Assembly: GCF_009914755.1 (NCBI RefSeq)
Contig: NC_060936.1
Length of the DNA: 64,000 nt
Origin: the human T2T-CHM13v2.0 reference genome, Homo sapiens
Direction: 5' to 3' (one strand)
Shown here: piece after piece, positions 24,701-39,700 of the stretch
How the letters are laid out: the number at the start of each line of letters is the position of its first letter
Numbering within the stretch: position 1 is the stretch's first letter
Notes under the pieces: generated by a model
Database searches by the model: none
Told to the model about the DNA's origin: nothing
Seen by the model: the letters and a program-made list of their open reading frames with translations, nothing else
Program-made: the position numbers and the translations under genes

Positions 24701-27700
24701 TATCCACATGGAAACTCCACAAAAAGAGTGTTTCAAATCTGCTCTTTCTGAAGGAAGGTTCAACTCTGTGAGTTGAATACACACACCACAAATAAGTTAC
24801 TGAGAATTCTTCTGTGTAACATTATATGAGGAAATCCCGTTTCCAACGAAGGCCTCAAAGAGGTCCAAATATCCACTTGCAGACTTTACAAAGACAGTGT
24901 CTCCAAACTCCTCCATCAAAAGAAAGGTTATACTCTGTGAATTGAACGCACACATCACAAAGTAGTTTCTGAGAATGATTCTGTCTAGTTTTTATACGAA
25001 GATATTTCCTTTTCTACATTTGGCCTAAAAGCGCTTGAAATCTCCACCTGCAAATATCACAAAAAGAGGGTTTCACATCTGCTCTATCTAAAGGAGAGTT
25101 CACCTCTGTGAGTTGAATAGAGGCAACACAAAGAACTTACTCAGTATTCTTCTTTCTAGCGTTCTATGAAGAAATCCCGTTTCCAACGAAGGCCTCAAAG
25201 AGGTCAAATATCTGCTTGCAGACTTTACAGACAGAGTGTTTCCAAACTACTCTATGAAAAGAAAGCTTAAACTCCTTGAGTTGAACGCACACATCACAAA
25301 GTAGTTTCTGAGAATGATTCTGTCTAGTTTTTATACGAAGATGTTTCCTTTTCTACATTTGGTCTCAAAGCGATTGAAATCTCCAACTGGAAACTGCACA
25401 AATAGGCTGTTTCAAATCTGCTCTGTCTAAAGGAAGGTTCAACTCTGTGAGTTGAATACACACACCACAAATAAGTTACTGAGAATTCTTCCGTCGAACA
25501 TTACTTGAAGAAATCCCGTTTCCAACGAAGGTCTCAAGGAGGTCCAAATAACCACTTGCAGACATTACAAACAGAGTGTTTCCAAACTGCTCCATCAAAA
25601 GAAAGGTTAAACTCTGTGAGCTGAACACACACATCAAAAAGAAGTTTCTGTGAATGATTCTGTCTAGATTTTATAAGAAGATGTTTCCTTTTCTACCGTA
25701 GGCCTCAAAGCGCTTGAAATCTCCAGCTGCAAATTCCACAAAAAGGGTGTTTAACATCTGCTCTTCTAAAGGAAAGTTCAACTCTATGAGTTGAATACAC
25801 ACAGCACAAAGAAGTTACTGAGACTTCTCCTATCAAACATTATATGAAGAAATCCCGTTTCCAACGAAGGCCTCAAAGAGGTCCAAATATCTGCTTGCAG
25901 ACTTTACAGACAGAGTGTTTCCAAACTGCTCCATCAAAAGAAAGGTTAAACTCCTTGAGTTGAACACACACATCACAAAGTAGTTTCTGTGAATGATTCT
26001 GTCTAGTTTTTATACGAAGATGTTTCCTTTTCTACCTTTGGTCTCAAAGCGATTGAAATCTCCACATGGAAACTCCACAAAAAGAGTGTTTCAAATCTGC
26101 TCTTTCTGAAGGAAGGTTCAACTCTGTGAGTTGAATACACACACCACAAATAAGTTACTGAGAATTCTTCTGTGTAACATTATATGAGGAAATCCCGTTT
26201 CCAACGAAGGTCTCAAAGAGGTCCAAATATCCACTTGCAGACTTTACAAAGACAGTGTCTCCAAACTCCTCCATCAAAAGAAAGGTTATACTCTGTGAAT
26301 TGAACGCACACATCACAAAGTAGTTTCTGAGAATGATTCTGTCTAGTTTTTATACGAAGATATTTCCTTTTCTACATTTGGCCTAAAAGCGCTTGAAATC
26401 TCCACCTGCAAATATCACAAAAAGAGGGTTTCACATCTGCTCTATCTAAAGGAGAGTTCACCTCTGTGAGTTGAATAGAGGCAACACAAAGAACTTACTC
26501 AGTATTCTTCTTTCTAGCGTTCTATGAAGAAATCCCGTTTCCAACGAAGGCCTCAAAGAGGTCAAATATCTGCTTGCAGACTTTACAGACAGAGTGTTTC
26601 CAAACTACTCTATGAAAAGAAAGCTTAAACTCCTTGAGTTGAACGCACACATCACAAAGTAGTTTCTGAGAATGATTCTGTCTAGTTTTTATACGAAGAT
26701 GTTTCCTTTTCTACATTTGGTCTCAAAGCGATTGAAATCTCCAACTGGAAACTGCACAAATAGGCTGTTTCAAATCTGCTCTGTCTAAAGGAAGGTTCAA
26801 CTCTGTGAGTTGAATACACACACCACAAATAAGTTACTGAGAATTCTTCTGTCGAACATTACTTGAAAAAATCCCGTTTCCAACGAAGGCCTCAAGGAGG
26901 TCCAAATAACCACTTGCAGACATTACAAACAGAGTGTTTCCAAACTGCTCCATCAAAAGAAAGGTTAAACTCTGTGAGCTGAACACACACATCAAAAAGA
27001 AGTTTCTGTGAATGATTCTGTCTAGATTTTATAAGATGTTTCCTTTTCTACCGTAGGCCTCAAAGCGCTTGAAATCTCCAGCTGCAAATTCCACAAACAG
27101 GGTGTTTAACATCTGCTCTTCTAAAGGAAAGTTCAACTCTATGAGTTGAATACACACAGCACAAAGAAGTTACTGAGACTTCTCCTATCAAACATTATAT
27201 GAAGAAATCCCGTTTCCAACGAAGGCCTCAAAGAGGTCCAAATATCTGCTTGCAGACTTTACAGACACAGTTTTTCCAAACTGCTCCATCAAGAGAAAGG
27301 TTAAACTCCTTGAGTTGAACACACACATCACAAAGTAGTTTCTGTGAATGATTCTGTCTAGTTTTTATACGAAGATGTTTCCTTTTCTACCTTTGGTCTC
27401 AAAGCGATTGAAATCTCCACATGGAAACTCCACAAAAAGAGTGTTTCAAATCTGCTCTTTCCGAAGGAAGGTTCAACTCTGTGAGTTGAATACACACACC
27501 ACAAATAAGTTACTGAGAATTCTTCTGTGTAACATTATATGAGGAAATCCCGTTTCCAACGAAGGCCTCAAAGAGATCCAAATATCCACTTGCAGACTTT
27601 ACAAAGACAGTGTCTCCAAACTCCTCCATCAAAAGAAAGGTTATCCTCTGTGAATTGAACGCACACATCACAAAGTAGTTTCTGAGAATGATTCTGTCTA

Positions 27701-28566
27701 GTTTTTATACGAAGATATTTCCTTTTCTACATTTGGCCTCAAAGCGCTTGAAATCTCCACCTGCAAATATCACAAAAAGAGGGTTTCACATCTGCTCTGT
27801 CTAAAGGACAGTTCACCTCTGTGAGTTGAATAGAGGCAACACAAAGAACTTACTCAGTATTCTTCTTTCCAGCGTTCTATGAAGAAATCCCTTTTCCAAC
27901 GAAGGCCTCAAATAGGTCCAAATATCTGCTTGCAGACTTTACAGACAGAGTGTTTCCAAACTACTCTATGAAAAGAAAGCTTAAACTCCTTGAGTTGAAC
28001 GCACACATCACAAAGTAGTTTCTGAGAATGATTCTGTCTAGTTTTTATACGAAGATGTTTCCTTTTCTACATTTGGTCTCAAAGCGATTGAAATCTCCAA
28101 CTGGAAACTGCACAAATAGGGTGTTTCAAATCTGCTCTGTCTAAAGGAAGGTTCAACTCTGTGAGTTGAATACACACACCACAAATAAGTTACTGAGAAT
28201 TCTTCTGTCGAACATTACAGGAAGAAATCCCGTTTCCAACGAAGGCCTCAAAGAGGTCCAAATATCCACTTGCAGACATTACAAACAGTGTGTTTCCCAA
28301 CTGCTCCATCAAAAGAAAGGTTAAACTCTGTGAGCTGAACACACACATCAAAAAGAACTTTCTGTGAATGATTCTGTCTAGATTTTATAAGAAGATGTTT
28401 CCTTTTCTACCATAGGCCTCAAAGCGCTTGAAATCTCCAGCTGCAAATTCCACAAAAAGGGTGTTTAACATCTGCTCTTCTAAAGGAAAGTTCAACTCTA
28501 TGAGTTGAATACACACAGCACAAAGAAGTTACTGAGACTTCTCCTATCAAACATTATATGAAGAAA
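21777..28566 (-). repeat. Five canonical 8-mer HORs
   Basis: ABCD order, with A boxes at ~21777, 23135, 24495, 25853 and 27208. Confidence 0.88.
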
Positions 28567-29245
28567 TCCCGTTTCCAACGAAGGCCTCAAAGAGGTCCAA
28601 ATATCTGCTTGCAGACTTTACAGACAGAGTGTTTCCAAACTGCTCCATCAAAAGAAAGGTTAAACTCCTTGAGTTGAACACACACATCACAAAGTAGTTT
28701 CTGTGAATGATTCTGTCTAGTTTTTATACGAAGATGTTTCCTTTTCTACATTTGGTCTCAAAGCGATTGAAATCTCCAACTGGAAACTGCACAAATAGGG
28801 TGTTTCAAATCTGCTCTGTCTAAAGGAAGGTTCAACTCTGTGAGTTGAATACACACACCACAAATAAGTTACTGAGAATTCTTCTGTCGAACATTACAGG
28901 AAGAAATCCCGTTTCCAACGAAGGCCTCAAAGAGGTCCAAATATCCACTTGCAGACATTACAAACAGAGTGTTTCCAAACTGCTCCATCAAAAGAAAGGT
29001 TAAACTCTGTGAGCTGAACACACACATCAAAAAGAAGTTTCTGTGAATGATTCTGTCTAGATTTTATAAGAAGATGTTTCCTTTTCTACCGTAGGCCTCA
29101 AAGCGCTTGAAATCTCCAGCTGCAAATTCCACAAAAAGGGTGTTTAACATCTGCTCTTCTAAAGGAAAGTTCAACTCTATGAGTTGAATACACACAGCAC
29201 AAAGAAGTTACTGAGACTTCTCCCATCAAACATTATATGAAGAAA
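28567..29245 (-). repeat. 4-mer: chimeric A/C dimer + D
   Basis: An A first monomer (CTCCTTGAGTTGAACACACAC...CTGTGAATG) is joined to a C second monomer (CTACATTTGGTCTC...CAACTGG), followed by D. Confidence 0.87.
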
Positions 29246-32200
29246 TCCCGTTTCCAACGAAGGCCTCAAAGAGGTCCAAATATCTGCTTGCAGACTTTAC
29301 AGACAGAGTGTTTCCAAACTGCTCCATCAAAAGAAAGGTTAAACTCCTTGAGTTGAACACACACATCACAAAGTAGTTTCTGTGAATGATTCTGTCTAGT
29401 TTTTATACGAAGATGTTTCCTTTTCTACCTTTGGTCTCAAAGCGATTGAAATCTCCACATGGAAACTCCACAAAAAGAGTGTTTCAAATCTGCTCTTTCT
29501 GAAGGAAGGTTCAACTCTGTGAGTTGAATACACACACCACAAATAAGTTACTAAGAATTCTTCTGTGTAACATTATATGAGGAAATCCCGTTTCCAACGA
29601 AGGCCTCAAAGAGATCCAAATATCCACTTGCAGACTTTACAAAGACAGTGTCTCCAAACTCCTCCATCAAAAGAAAGGTTATACTCTGTGAATTGAACGC
29701 ACACATCACAAAGTAGTTTCTGAGAATGATTGTGTCTAGTTTTTATACGAAGATATTTCCTTTTCTACATTTGGCCTAAAAGCGCTTGAAATCTCCACAT
29801 GCAAATATCACAAAAACAGGGTTTCACATCTGCTCTGTCTAAAGGACAGTTCACCTCTGTGAGTTGAATAGAGGCAACACAAAGAACTTACTCAGTATTC
29901 TTCTTTCTAGCGTTCTATGAAGAAATCCCGTTTCCAACGAAGGCCTCGAAGAGGTCCAAATATCTGCTTGCAGACTTTACAGACAGAGTGTTTCCAAACT
30001 ACTCTATGAAAAGAAAGCTTAAACTCCTTGAGTTGAACGCACACATCACAAAGTAGTTTCTGAGAATGATTCTGTCTAGTTTTTATACGAAGATGTTTCC
30101 TTTTCTACATTTGGTCCCAAAGCGATTGAAATCTCCAACTGGAAACTGCACAAATAGGGTGTTTCAAATCTGCTCTGTCTAAAGGAAGGTTCAACTCTGT
30201 GAGTTGAATACACACACCACAAATAAGTTACTGAGAATTCTTCTGTCGAACATTACAGGAAGAAATCCCGTTTCCAACGAAGGCCTCAAAGAGGTCCAAA
30301 TATCCACTTGCAGACATTACAAACAGTGTGTTTCCCAACTGCTCCATCAAAAGAAAGGTTAAACTCTGTGAGCTGAACACACACATCAAAAAGAAGTTTC
30401 TGTGAATGATTCTGTCTAGATTTTATAAGAAGATGTTTCCTTTTCTACCATAGGCCTCAAAGCGCTTGAAATCTCCAGCTGCAAATTCCACAAAAAGGGT
30501 GTTTAACATCTGCTCTTCTAAAGGAAAGTTCAACTCTATGAGTTGAATACACACAGCACAAAGAAGTTACTGAGACTTCTCCTATCAAACATTATATGAA
30601 GAAATCCCGTTTCCAACGAAGGCCTCAAAGAGGTCCAAATATCTGCTTGCAGACTTTACAGACAGAGTGTTTCCAAACTGCTCCATCAAAAGAAAGGTTA
30701 AACTCCTTGAGTTGAACACACACATCACAAAGTAGTTTCTGTGAATGATTCTGTCTAGTTTTTATACGAAGATGTTTCCTTTTCTACCTTTGGTCTCAAA
30801 GCGATTGAAATCTCCATATGGAAACTCCACAAAAAGAGTGTTTCAAATCTGCTCTTTCTGAAGGAAGGTCCAACTCTGTGAGTTGAATACACACACCACA
30901 AATAAGTTACTGAGAATTCTTCTGTGTAACATTATATGAGGAAATCCCGTTTCCAACGAAGGCCTCAAAGAGATCCAAATATCCACTTGCAGACTTTACA
31001 AAGACAGTGTCTCCAAACTCCTCCATCAAAAGAAAGGTTATACTCTGTGAATTGAACGCACACATCACAAAGTAGTTTCTGAGAATGATTGTGTCTAGTT
31101 TTTATACGAAGATATTTCCTTTTCTACATTTGGCCTCAAAGCGCTTGAAATCTCCACCTGCAAATATCACAAAAAGAGGGTTTCACATCTGCTCTGTCTA
31201 AAGGACAGTTCACCTCTGTGAGTTGAATAGAGGCAACACAAAGAACTTACTCAGTATTCTTCTTTCTAGCGTTCTATGAAGAAATCCCGTTTCCAACGAA
31301 GGCCCCAAAGAGGTCCAAATATCTGCTTGCAGACTTTACAGACAGAGTGTTTCCAAACTACGCTATGAAAAGAAAGCTTAAACTCCTTGAGTTGAACGCA
31401 CACATCACAAAGTAGTTTCTGAGAATGATTCTGTCTAGTTTTTATACGAAGATGTTTCGTTTTCTACATTTGGTCTCAAAGCGATTGAAATCTCCAACTG
31501 GAAACTGCACAAATAGGGTGTTTCAAATCTGCTCTGTCTAAAGGAAGGTTCAACTCTGTGAGTTGAATACACACACCACACATAAGTTACTGAGAATTCT
31601 TCTGTCGAACATTACAGGAAGAAATCCCGTTACCAACGAAGGCCTCAAAGAGGTCCAAATATCCACTTGCAGACATTACAAACAGTGTGTTTGCAAACTG
31701 CTCCATCAAAAGAAAGGTTAAACTCTGTGAGCTGAACACACACATCAAAAAGAAGTTTCTGTGAATGATTCTGTCTAGATTTTATAAGAAGATGTTTCCT
31801 TTTCTACCGTAGGCCTCAAAGCGCTTGAAATCTCCAGCTGCAAATTCCACAAAAAGGGTGTTTAACATCTGCTCTTCTAAAGGAAAGTTCAACTCTATGA
31901 GTTGAATACACACAGCACAAAGAAGTTTCTGAGACTTCTCCTATCAAACATTATATGAAGAAATCCCGTTTCCAACGAAGGCCTCAAAGAGGTCCAAATA
32001 TCTGCTTGCAGACTTTACAGACAGAGTGTTTCCAAACTGCTCCATCAAAAGAAAGGTTAAACTCCTTGAGTTGAACACACACATCACAAAGTAGTTTCTG
32101 TGAATGATTCTGTCTAGTTTTTATACGAAGATGTTTCCTTTTCTACCTTTGGTCTCAAAGCGATTGAAATCTCCACATGGAAACTCCACAAAAAGAGTGT

Positions 32201-35200
32201 TTCAAATCTGCTCTTTCTGAAGGAAGGTTCAACTCTGTGAGTTGAATACACACACCACAAATAAGTTACTGAGAATTCTTCTGTGTAACATTATATGAGG
32301 AAATCCCGTTTCCAACGAAGGCCTCAAAGAGGTCCAAATATCCACTTGCAGACTTTACAAAGACAGTGTCTCCAAACTCCTCCATCGAAAGAATGGTTAT
32401 ACTCTGTGAATTGAACGCACACATCACAAAGTAGTTTCTGAGAATGATTCTGTCTAGTTTTTATACGAAGATATTTCCTTTTCTACATTTGGCCTAAAAG
32501 CGCTTGAAATCTCCACCTGCAAATATCACAAAAAGAGGGTTTCACATCTGCTCTGTCTAAAGGACAGTTCACCTCTGTGAGTTGAATAGAGGCAACACAA
32601 AGAACTTACTCAGTATTCTTCTTTCTAGCGTTCTATGAAGAAATCCCGTTTCCAACGAAGGCCCCAAAGAGGTCCAAATATCTGCTTGCAGACTTTACAG
32701 ACAGAGTGTTTCCAAACTACTCTATGAAAAGAAAGCTTAAACTCCTTGAGTTGAACGCACACATCACAAAGTAGTTTCTGAGAATGATTCTGTCTAGTTT
32801 TTATACGAAGATGTTTCCTTTTCTACATTTGGTCTCAAAGCGATTGAAATCTCCAACTGGAAACTGCACAAATAGGCTGTTTCAAATCTGCTCTGTCTAA
32901 AGGAAGGTTCAACTCTGTGAGTTGAATACACACACCACAAATAAGTTACTGAGAATTCTTCCGTCGAACATTACTTGAAGAAATCCCGTTTCCAACGAAG
33001 GCCTCAAAGAGGTCCAAATATCCACTTGCAGACATTACAAACAGAGTGTTTCCAAAACTGCTCCATCAAAAGAAAGGTTAAACTCTGTGAGCTGAACACA
33101 CACATCAAAAAGAAGTTTCTGTGAATGATTCTGTCTAGATTTTATAAGAAGATGTTTCCTTTTCTACCGTAGGCCTCAAAGCGCTTGAAATCTCCAGCTG
33201 CAAATTCCACAAAAAGGGTGTTTAACATCTGCTCTTCTAAAGGAAAGTTCAACTCTATGAGTTGAATACACACAGCACAAAGAAGTTACTGAGACTTCTC
33301 CTATCAAACATTATATGAAGAAATCCCGTTTCCAACGAAGGCCTCAAAGAGGTCCAAATATCTGCTTGCAGACTTTACAGACAGAGTGTTTCCAAACTGC
33401 TCCATCAAAAGAAAGGTTAAACTCCTTGAGTTGAACACACACATCACAAAGTAGTTTCTGTGAATGATTCTGTCTAGTTTTTATACGAAGATGTTTCCTT
33501 TTCTACCTTTGGTCTCAAAGCGATTGAAATCTCCACATGGAAACTCCACAAAAAGAGTGTTTCAAATCTGCTCTTTCTGAAGGAAGGTTCAACTCTGTGA
33601 GTTGAATACACACACCACAAATAAGTTACTGAGAATTCTTCTGTGTAACATTATATGAGGAAATCCCGTTTCCAACGAAGGCCTCAAAGAGGTCCAAATA
33701 TCCACTTGCAGACTTTACAAAGACAGTGTCTCCAAACTCCTCCATCAAAAGAAAGGTTATACTCTGTGAATTGAACGCACACATCACAAAGTAGTTTCTG
33801 AGAATGATTCTGTCTAGTTTTTATACGAAGATATTTCCTTTTCTACATTTGGCCTAAAAGCGCTTGAAATCTCCACCTGCAAATATCACAAAAAGAGGGT
33901 TTCACATCTGCTCTGTCTAAAGGACAGTTCACCTCTGTGAGTTGAATAGAGGCAACACAAAGAACTTACTCAGTATTCTTCTTTCTAGCGTTCTATGAAG
34001 AAATCCCGTTTCCAACGAAGGCCTCAAAGAGGTCAAATATCTGCTTGCAGACTTTACAGACAGAGTGTTTCCAAACTACTCTATGAAAAGAAAGCTTAAA
34101 CTCCTTGAGTTGAACGCACACATCACAAAGTAGTTTCTGAGAATGATTCTGTCTAGTTTTTATACGAAGATGTTTCCTTTTCTACATTTGGTCTCAAAGC
34201 GATTGAAATCTCCAACTGGAAACTGCACAAATAGGGTGTTTCAAATCTGCTCTGTCTAAAGGAAGGTTCAACTCTGTGAGTTGAATACACACACCACAAA
34301 TAAGTTACTGAGAATTCTTCTGTCGAACATTACTTGAAGAAATCCCGTTTCCAACGAAGGCCTCAAAGAGGTCCAAATATCGACTTGCAGACATTACAAA
34401 CAGAGTGTTTCCAAACTGCTCCATCAAAAGAAAGGTTAAACTCTGTGAGCTGAACACACACATAAAAAAGAAGTTTCTGTGAATGATTCTGTCTAGATAT
34501 TATAAGAAGATGTTTCCTTTTCTACCATAGGCCTCAAAGCGCTTGAAATCTCCAGCTGCAAATTCCACAAAAAGGGTGTTTAACATCTGCTCTTCTAAAG
34601 GAAAGTTCAACTCTATGAGTTGAATACACACAGCACAAAGAAGTTACTGAGACTTCTCCTATCAAACATTACATGAAGAAATCCCGTTTCCAACGAAGGC
34701 CTCAAAGAGGTCCAAATATCTGCTTGCAGACTTTACAGACAGAGTGTTTCCAAACTGCTCCATCAAAAGAAAGGTTAAACTCCTTGAGTTGAACACACAC
34801 ATCACAAAGTAGTTTCTGTGAATGATTCTGTCTAGTTTTTATACGAAGATGTTTCCTTTTGTACTTTTGGTCTCAAAGCGATTGAAATCTCCACATGGAA
34901 ACTCCACAAAAAGGGTGTTTCAAATCTGCTCTTTCTGAAGGAAGGTTCAACTCTGTGAGTTGAATACACACACCACAAATAAGTTACTGAGAATTCTTCT
35001 GTGTAACATTATATGAGGAAATCCCGTTTCCAACGAAGGCCTCAAAGAGGTCCAAATATCCACTTGCAGACTTTACAAAGACAGGGTCTCCAAACTCCTC
35101 CATCAAAAGAAAGGTTATACTCTGTGAATTGAACGCACACATCACAAAGTAGTTTCTGAGAATGATTCTGTCTAGTTTTTATACGAAGATATTTCCTTTT

Positions 35201-36040
35201 CTACATTTGGCCTAAAAGCGCTTGAAATCTCCACCTGCAAATATCACAAAAAGAGGGTTTCACATCTGCTCTGTCTAAAGGACAGTTCACCTCTGTGAGT
35301 TGAATAGAGGCAACACAAAGAACTTACTCAGTATTCTTCTTTCCAGCGTTCTATGAAGAAATCCCTTTTCCAACGAAGGCCTCAAATAGGTCCAAATATC
35401 TGCTTGCAGACTTTACAGACAGAGTGTTTCCAAACTACTCTATGAAAAGAAAGCTTAAACTCCTTGAGTTGAACGCACACATCACAAAGTAGTTTCTGAG
35501 AATGATTCTGTCTAGTTTTTATACGAAGATGTTTCCTTTTCTACATTTGGTCTCAAAGCGATTGAAATCTCCAACTGGAAACTGCACAAATAGGGTGTTT
35601 CAAATCTGCTCTGTCTAAAGGAAGGTTCAACTCTGTGAGTTGAATACACACACCACAAATAAGTTACTGAGAATTCTTCTGTCGAACATTACAGGAAGAA
35701 ATCCCGTTTCCAACGAAGGCCTCAAAGAGGTCCAAATATCCACTTGCAGACATTACAAACAGTGTGTTTCCCAACTGCTCCATCAAAAGAAAGGTTAAAC
35801 TCTGTGAGCTGAACACACACATCAAAAAGAACTTTCTGTGAATGATTCTGTCTAGATTTTATAAGAAGATGTTTCCTTTTCTACCATAGGCCTCAAAGCG
35901 CTTGAAATCTCCAGCTGCAAATTCCACAAAAAGGGTGTTTAACATCTGCTCTTCTAAAGGAAAGTTCAACTCTATGAGTTGAATACACACAGCACAAAGA
36001 AGTTACTGAGACTTCTCCTATCAAACATTATATGAAGAAA
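29246..36040 (-). repeat. Five canonical 8-mer HORs
   Basis: ABCD order, with A boxes at ~29246, 30605, 31964, 33324 and 34682. Confidence 0.88.
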
Positions 36041-36719
36041 TCCCGTTTCCAACGAAGGCCTCAAAGAGGTCTAAATATCTGCTTGCAGACTTTACAGACA
36101 GAGTGTTTCCAAACTGCTCCATCAAAAGAAAGGTTAAACTCCTTGAGTTGAACACACACATCACAAAGTAGTTTCTGTGAATGATTCTGTCTAGTTTTTA
36201 TACGAAGATGTTTCCTTTTCTACATTTGGTCTCAAAGCGATTGAAATCTCCAACTGGAAACTGCACAAATAGGGTGTTTCAAATCTGCTCTGTCTAAAGG
36301 AAGGTTCAACTCTGTGAGTTGAATACACACACCACAAATAAGTTACTGAGAATTCTTCTGTCGAACATTACAGGAAGAAATCCCGTTTCCAACGAAGGCC
36401 TCAAAGAGGTCCAAATATCCACTTGCAGACATTACAAACAGAGTGTTTCCAAACTGCTCCATCAAAAGAAAGGTTAAACTCTGTGAGCTGAACACACACA
36501 TCAAAAAGAAGTTTCTGTGAATGATTCTGTCTAGATTTTATAAGAAGATGTTTCCTTTTCTACCGTAGGCCTCAAAGCGCTTGAAATCTCCAGCTGCAAA
36601 TTCCACAAAAAGGGTGTTTAACATCTGCTCTTCTAAAGGAAAGTTCAACTCTATGAGTTGAATACACACAGCACAAAGAAGTTACTGAGACTTCTCCCAT
36701 CAAACATTATATGAAGAAA
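36041..36719 (-). repeat. 4-mer: chimeric A/C dimer + D, second copy
   Basis: Same structure as 28567-29245, offset 7474 bp. Confidence 0.87.
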
Positions 36720-39700
36720 TCCCGTTTCCAACGAAGGCCTCAAAGAGGTCCAAATATCTGCTTGCAGACTTTACAGACAGAGTGTTTCCAAACTGCTCCA
36801 TCAAAAGAAAGGTTAAACTCCTTGAGTTGAACACACACATCACAAAGTAGTTTCTGTGAATGATTCTGTCTAGTTTTTATACGAAGATGTTTCCTTTTCT
36901 ACCTTTGGTCTCAAAGCGATTGAAATCTCCACATGGAAACTCCACAAAAAGAGTGTTTCAAATCTGCTCTTTCTGAAGGAAGGTTCAACTCTGTGAGTTG
37001 AATACACACACCACAAATAAGTTACTAAGAATTCTTCTGTGTAACATTATATGAGGAAATCCCGTTTCCAACGAAGGCCTCAAAGAGATCCAAATATCCA
37101 CTTGCAGACTTTACAAAGACAGTGTCTCCAAACTCCTCCATCAAAAGAAAGGTTATACTCTGTGAATTGAACGCACACATCACAAAGTAGTTTCTGAGAA
37201 TGATTGTGTCTAGTTTTTATACGAAGATATTTCCTTTTCTACATTTGGCCTAAAAGCGCTTGAAATCTCCACATGCAAATATCACAAAAACAGGGTTTCA
37301 CATCTGCTCTGTCTAAAGGACAGTTCACCTCTGTGAGTTGAATAGAGGCAACACAAAGAACTTACTCAGTATTCTTCTTTCTAGCGTTCTATGAAGAAAT
37401 CCCGTTTCCAACGAAGGCCTCGAAGAGGTCCAAATATCTGCTTGCAGACTTTACAGACAGAGTGTTTCCAAACTACTCTATGAAAAGAAAGCTTAAACTC
37501 CTTGAGTTGAACGCACACATCACAAAGTAGTTTCTGAGAATGATTCTGTCTAGTTTTTATACGAAGATGTTTCCTTTTCTACATTTGGTCCCAAAGCGAT
37601 TGAAATCTCCAACTGGAAACTGCACAAATAGGGTGTTTCAAATCTGCTCTGTCTAAAGGAAGGTTCAACTCTGTGAGTTGAATACACACACCACAAATAA
37701 GTTACTGAGAATTCTTCTGTCGAACATTACAGGAAGAAATCCCGTTTCCAACGAAGGCCTCAAAGAGGTCCAAATATCCACTTGCAGACATTACAAACAG
37801 TGTGTTTCCCAACTGCTCCATCAAAAGAAAGGTTAAACTCTGTGAGCTGAACACACACATCAAAAAGAAGTTTCTGTGAATGATTCTGTCTAGATTTTAT
37901 AAGAAGATGTTTCCTTTTCTACCATAGGCCTCAAAGCGCTTGAAATCTCCAGCTGCAAATTCCACAAAAAGGGTGTTTAACATCTGCTCTTCTAAAGGAA
38001 AGTTCAACTCTATGAGTTGAATACACACAGCACAAAGAAGTTACTGAGACTTCTCCTATCAAACATTATATGAAGAAATCCCGTTTCCAACGAAGGCCTC
38101 AAAGAGGTCCAAATATCTGCTTGCAGACTTTACAGACAGAGTGTTTCCAAACTGCTCCATCAAAAGAAAGGTTAAACTCCTTGAGTTGAACACACACATC
38201 ACAAAGTAGTTTCTGTGAATGATTCTGTCTAGTTTTTATACGAAGATGTTTCCTTTTCTACCTTTGGTCTCAAAGCGATTGAAATCTCCATATGGAAACT
38301 CCACAAAAAGAGTGTTTCAAATCTGCTCTTTCTGAAGGAAGGTCCAACTCTGTGAGTTGAATACACACACCACAAATAAGTTACTGAGAATTCTTCTGTG
38401 TAACATTATATGAGGAAATCCCGTTTCCAACGAAGGCCTCAAAGAGATCCAAATATCCACTTGCAGACTTTACAAAGACAGTGTCTCCAAACTCCTCCAT
38501 CAAAAGAAAGGTTATACTCTGTGAATTGAACGCACACATCACAAAGTAGTTTCTGAGAATGATTGTGTCTAGTTTTTATACGAAGATATTTCCTTTTCTA
38601 CATTTGGCCTCAAAGCGCTTGAAATCTCCACCTGCAAATATCACAAAAAGAGGGTTTCACATCTGCTCTGTCTAAAGGACAGTTCACCTCTGTGAGTTGA
38701 ATAGAGGCAACACAAAGAACTTACTCAGTATTCTTCTTTCTAGCGTTCTATGAAGAAATCCCGTTTCCAACGAAGGCCCCAAAGAGGTCCAAATATCTGC
38801 TTGCAGACTTTACAGACAGAGTGTTTCCAAACTACTCTATGAAAAGAAAGCTTAAACTCCTTGAGTTGAACGCACACATCACAAAGTAGTTTCTGAGAAT
38901 GATTCTGTCTAGTTTTTATACGAAGATGTTTCCTTTTCTACATTTGGTCTCAAAGCGATTGAAATCTCCAACTGGAAACTGCACAAATAGGGTGTTTCAA
39001 ATCTGCTCTGTCTAAAGGAAGGTTCAACTCTGTGAGTTGAATACACACACCACACATAAGTTACTGAGAATTCTTCTGTCGAACATTACAGGAAGAAATC
39101 CCGTTACCAACGAAGGCCTCAAAGAGGTCCAAATATCCACTTGCAGACATTACAAACAGTGTGTTTGCAAACTGCTCCATCAAAAGAAAGGTTAAACTCT
39201 GTGAGCTGAACACACACATCAAAAAGAAGTTTCTGTGAATGATTCTGTCTAGATTTTATAAGAAGATGTTTCCTTTTCTACCGTAGGCCTCAAAGCGCTT
39301 GAAATCTCCAGCTGCAAATTCCACAAAAAGGGTGTTTAACATCTGCTCTTCTAAAGGAAAGTTCAACTCTATGAGTTGAATACACACAGCACAAAGAAGT
39401 TTCTGAGACTTCTCCTATCAAACATTATATGAAGAAATCCCGTTTCCAACGAAGGCCTCAAAGAGGTCCAAATATCTGCTTGCAGACTTTACAGACAGAG
39501 TGTTTCCAAACTGCTCCATCAAAAGAAAGGTTAAACTCCTTGAGTTGAACACACACATCACAAAGTAGTTTCTGTGAATGATTCTGTCTAGTTTTTATAC
39601 GAAGATGTTTCCTTTTCTACCTTTGGTCTCAAAGCGATTGAAATCTCCACATGGAAACTCCACAAAAAGAGTGTTTCAAATCTGCTCTTTCTGAAGGAAG

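Noticed and set aside
27348-27542. 64-aa ORF MILSSFYTK... (also at 48407-48601)
   Set aside because: It is a translation of dimer A in which one SNV (TGA>CGA in TTCTGAAGG) removes the stop present in most other copies. There is no gene context or recognisable domain.
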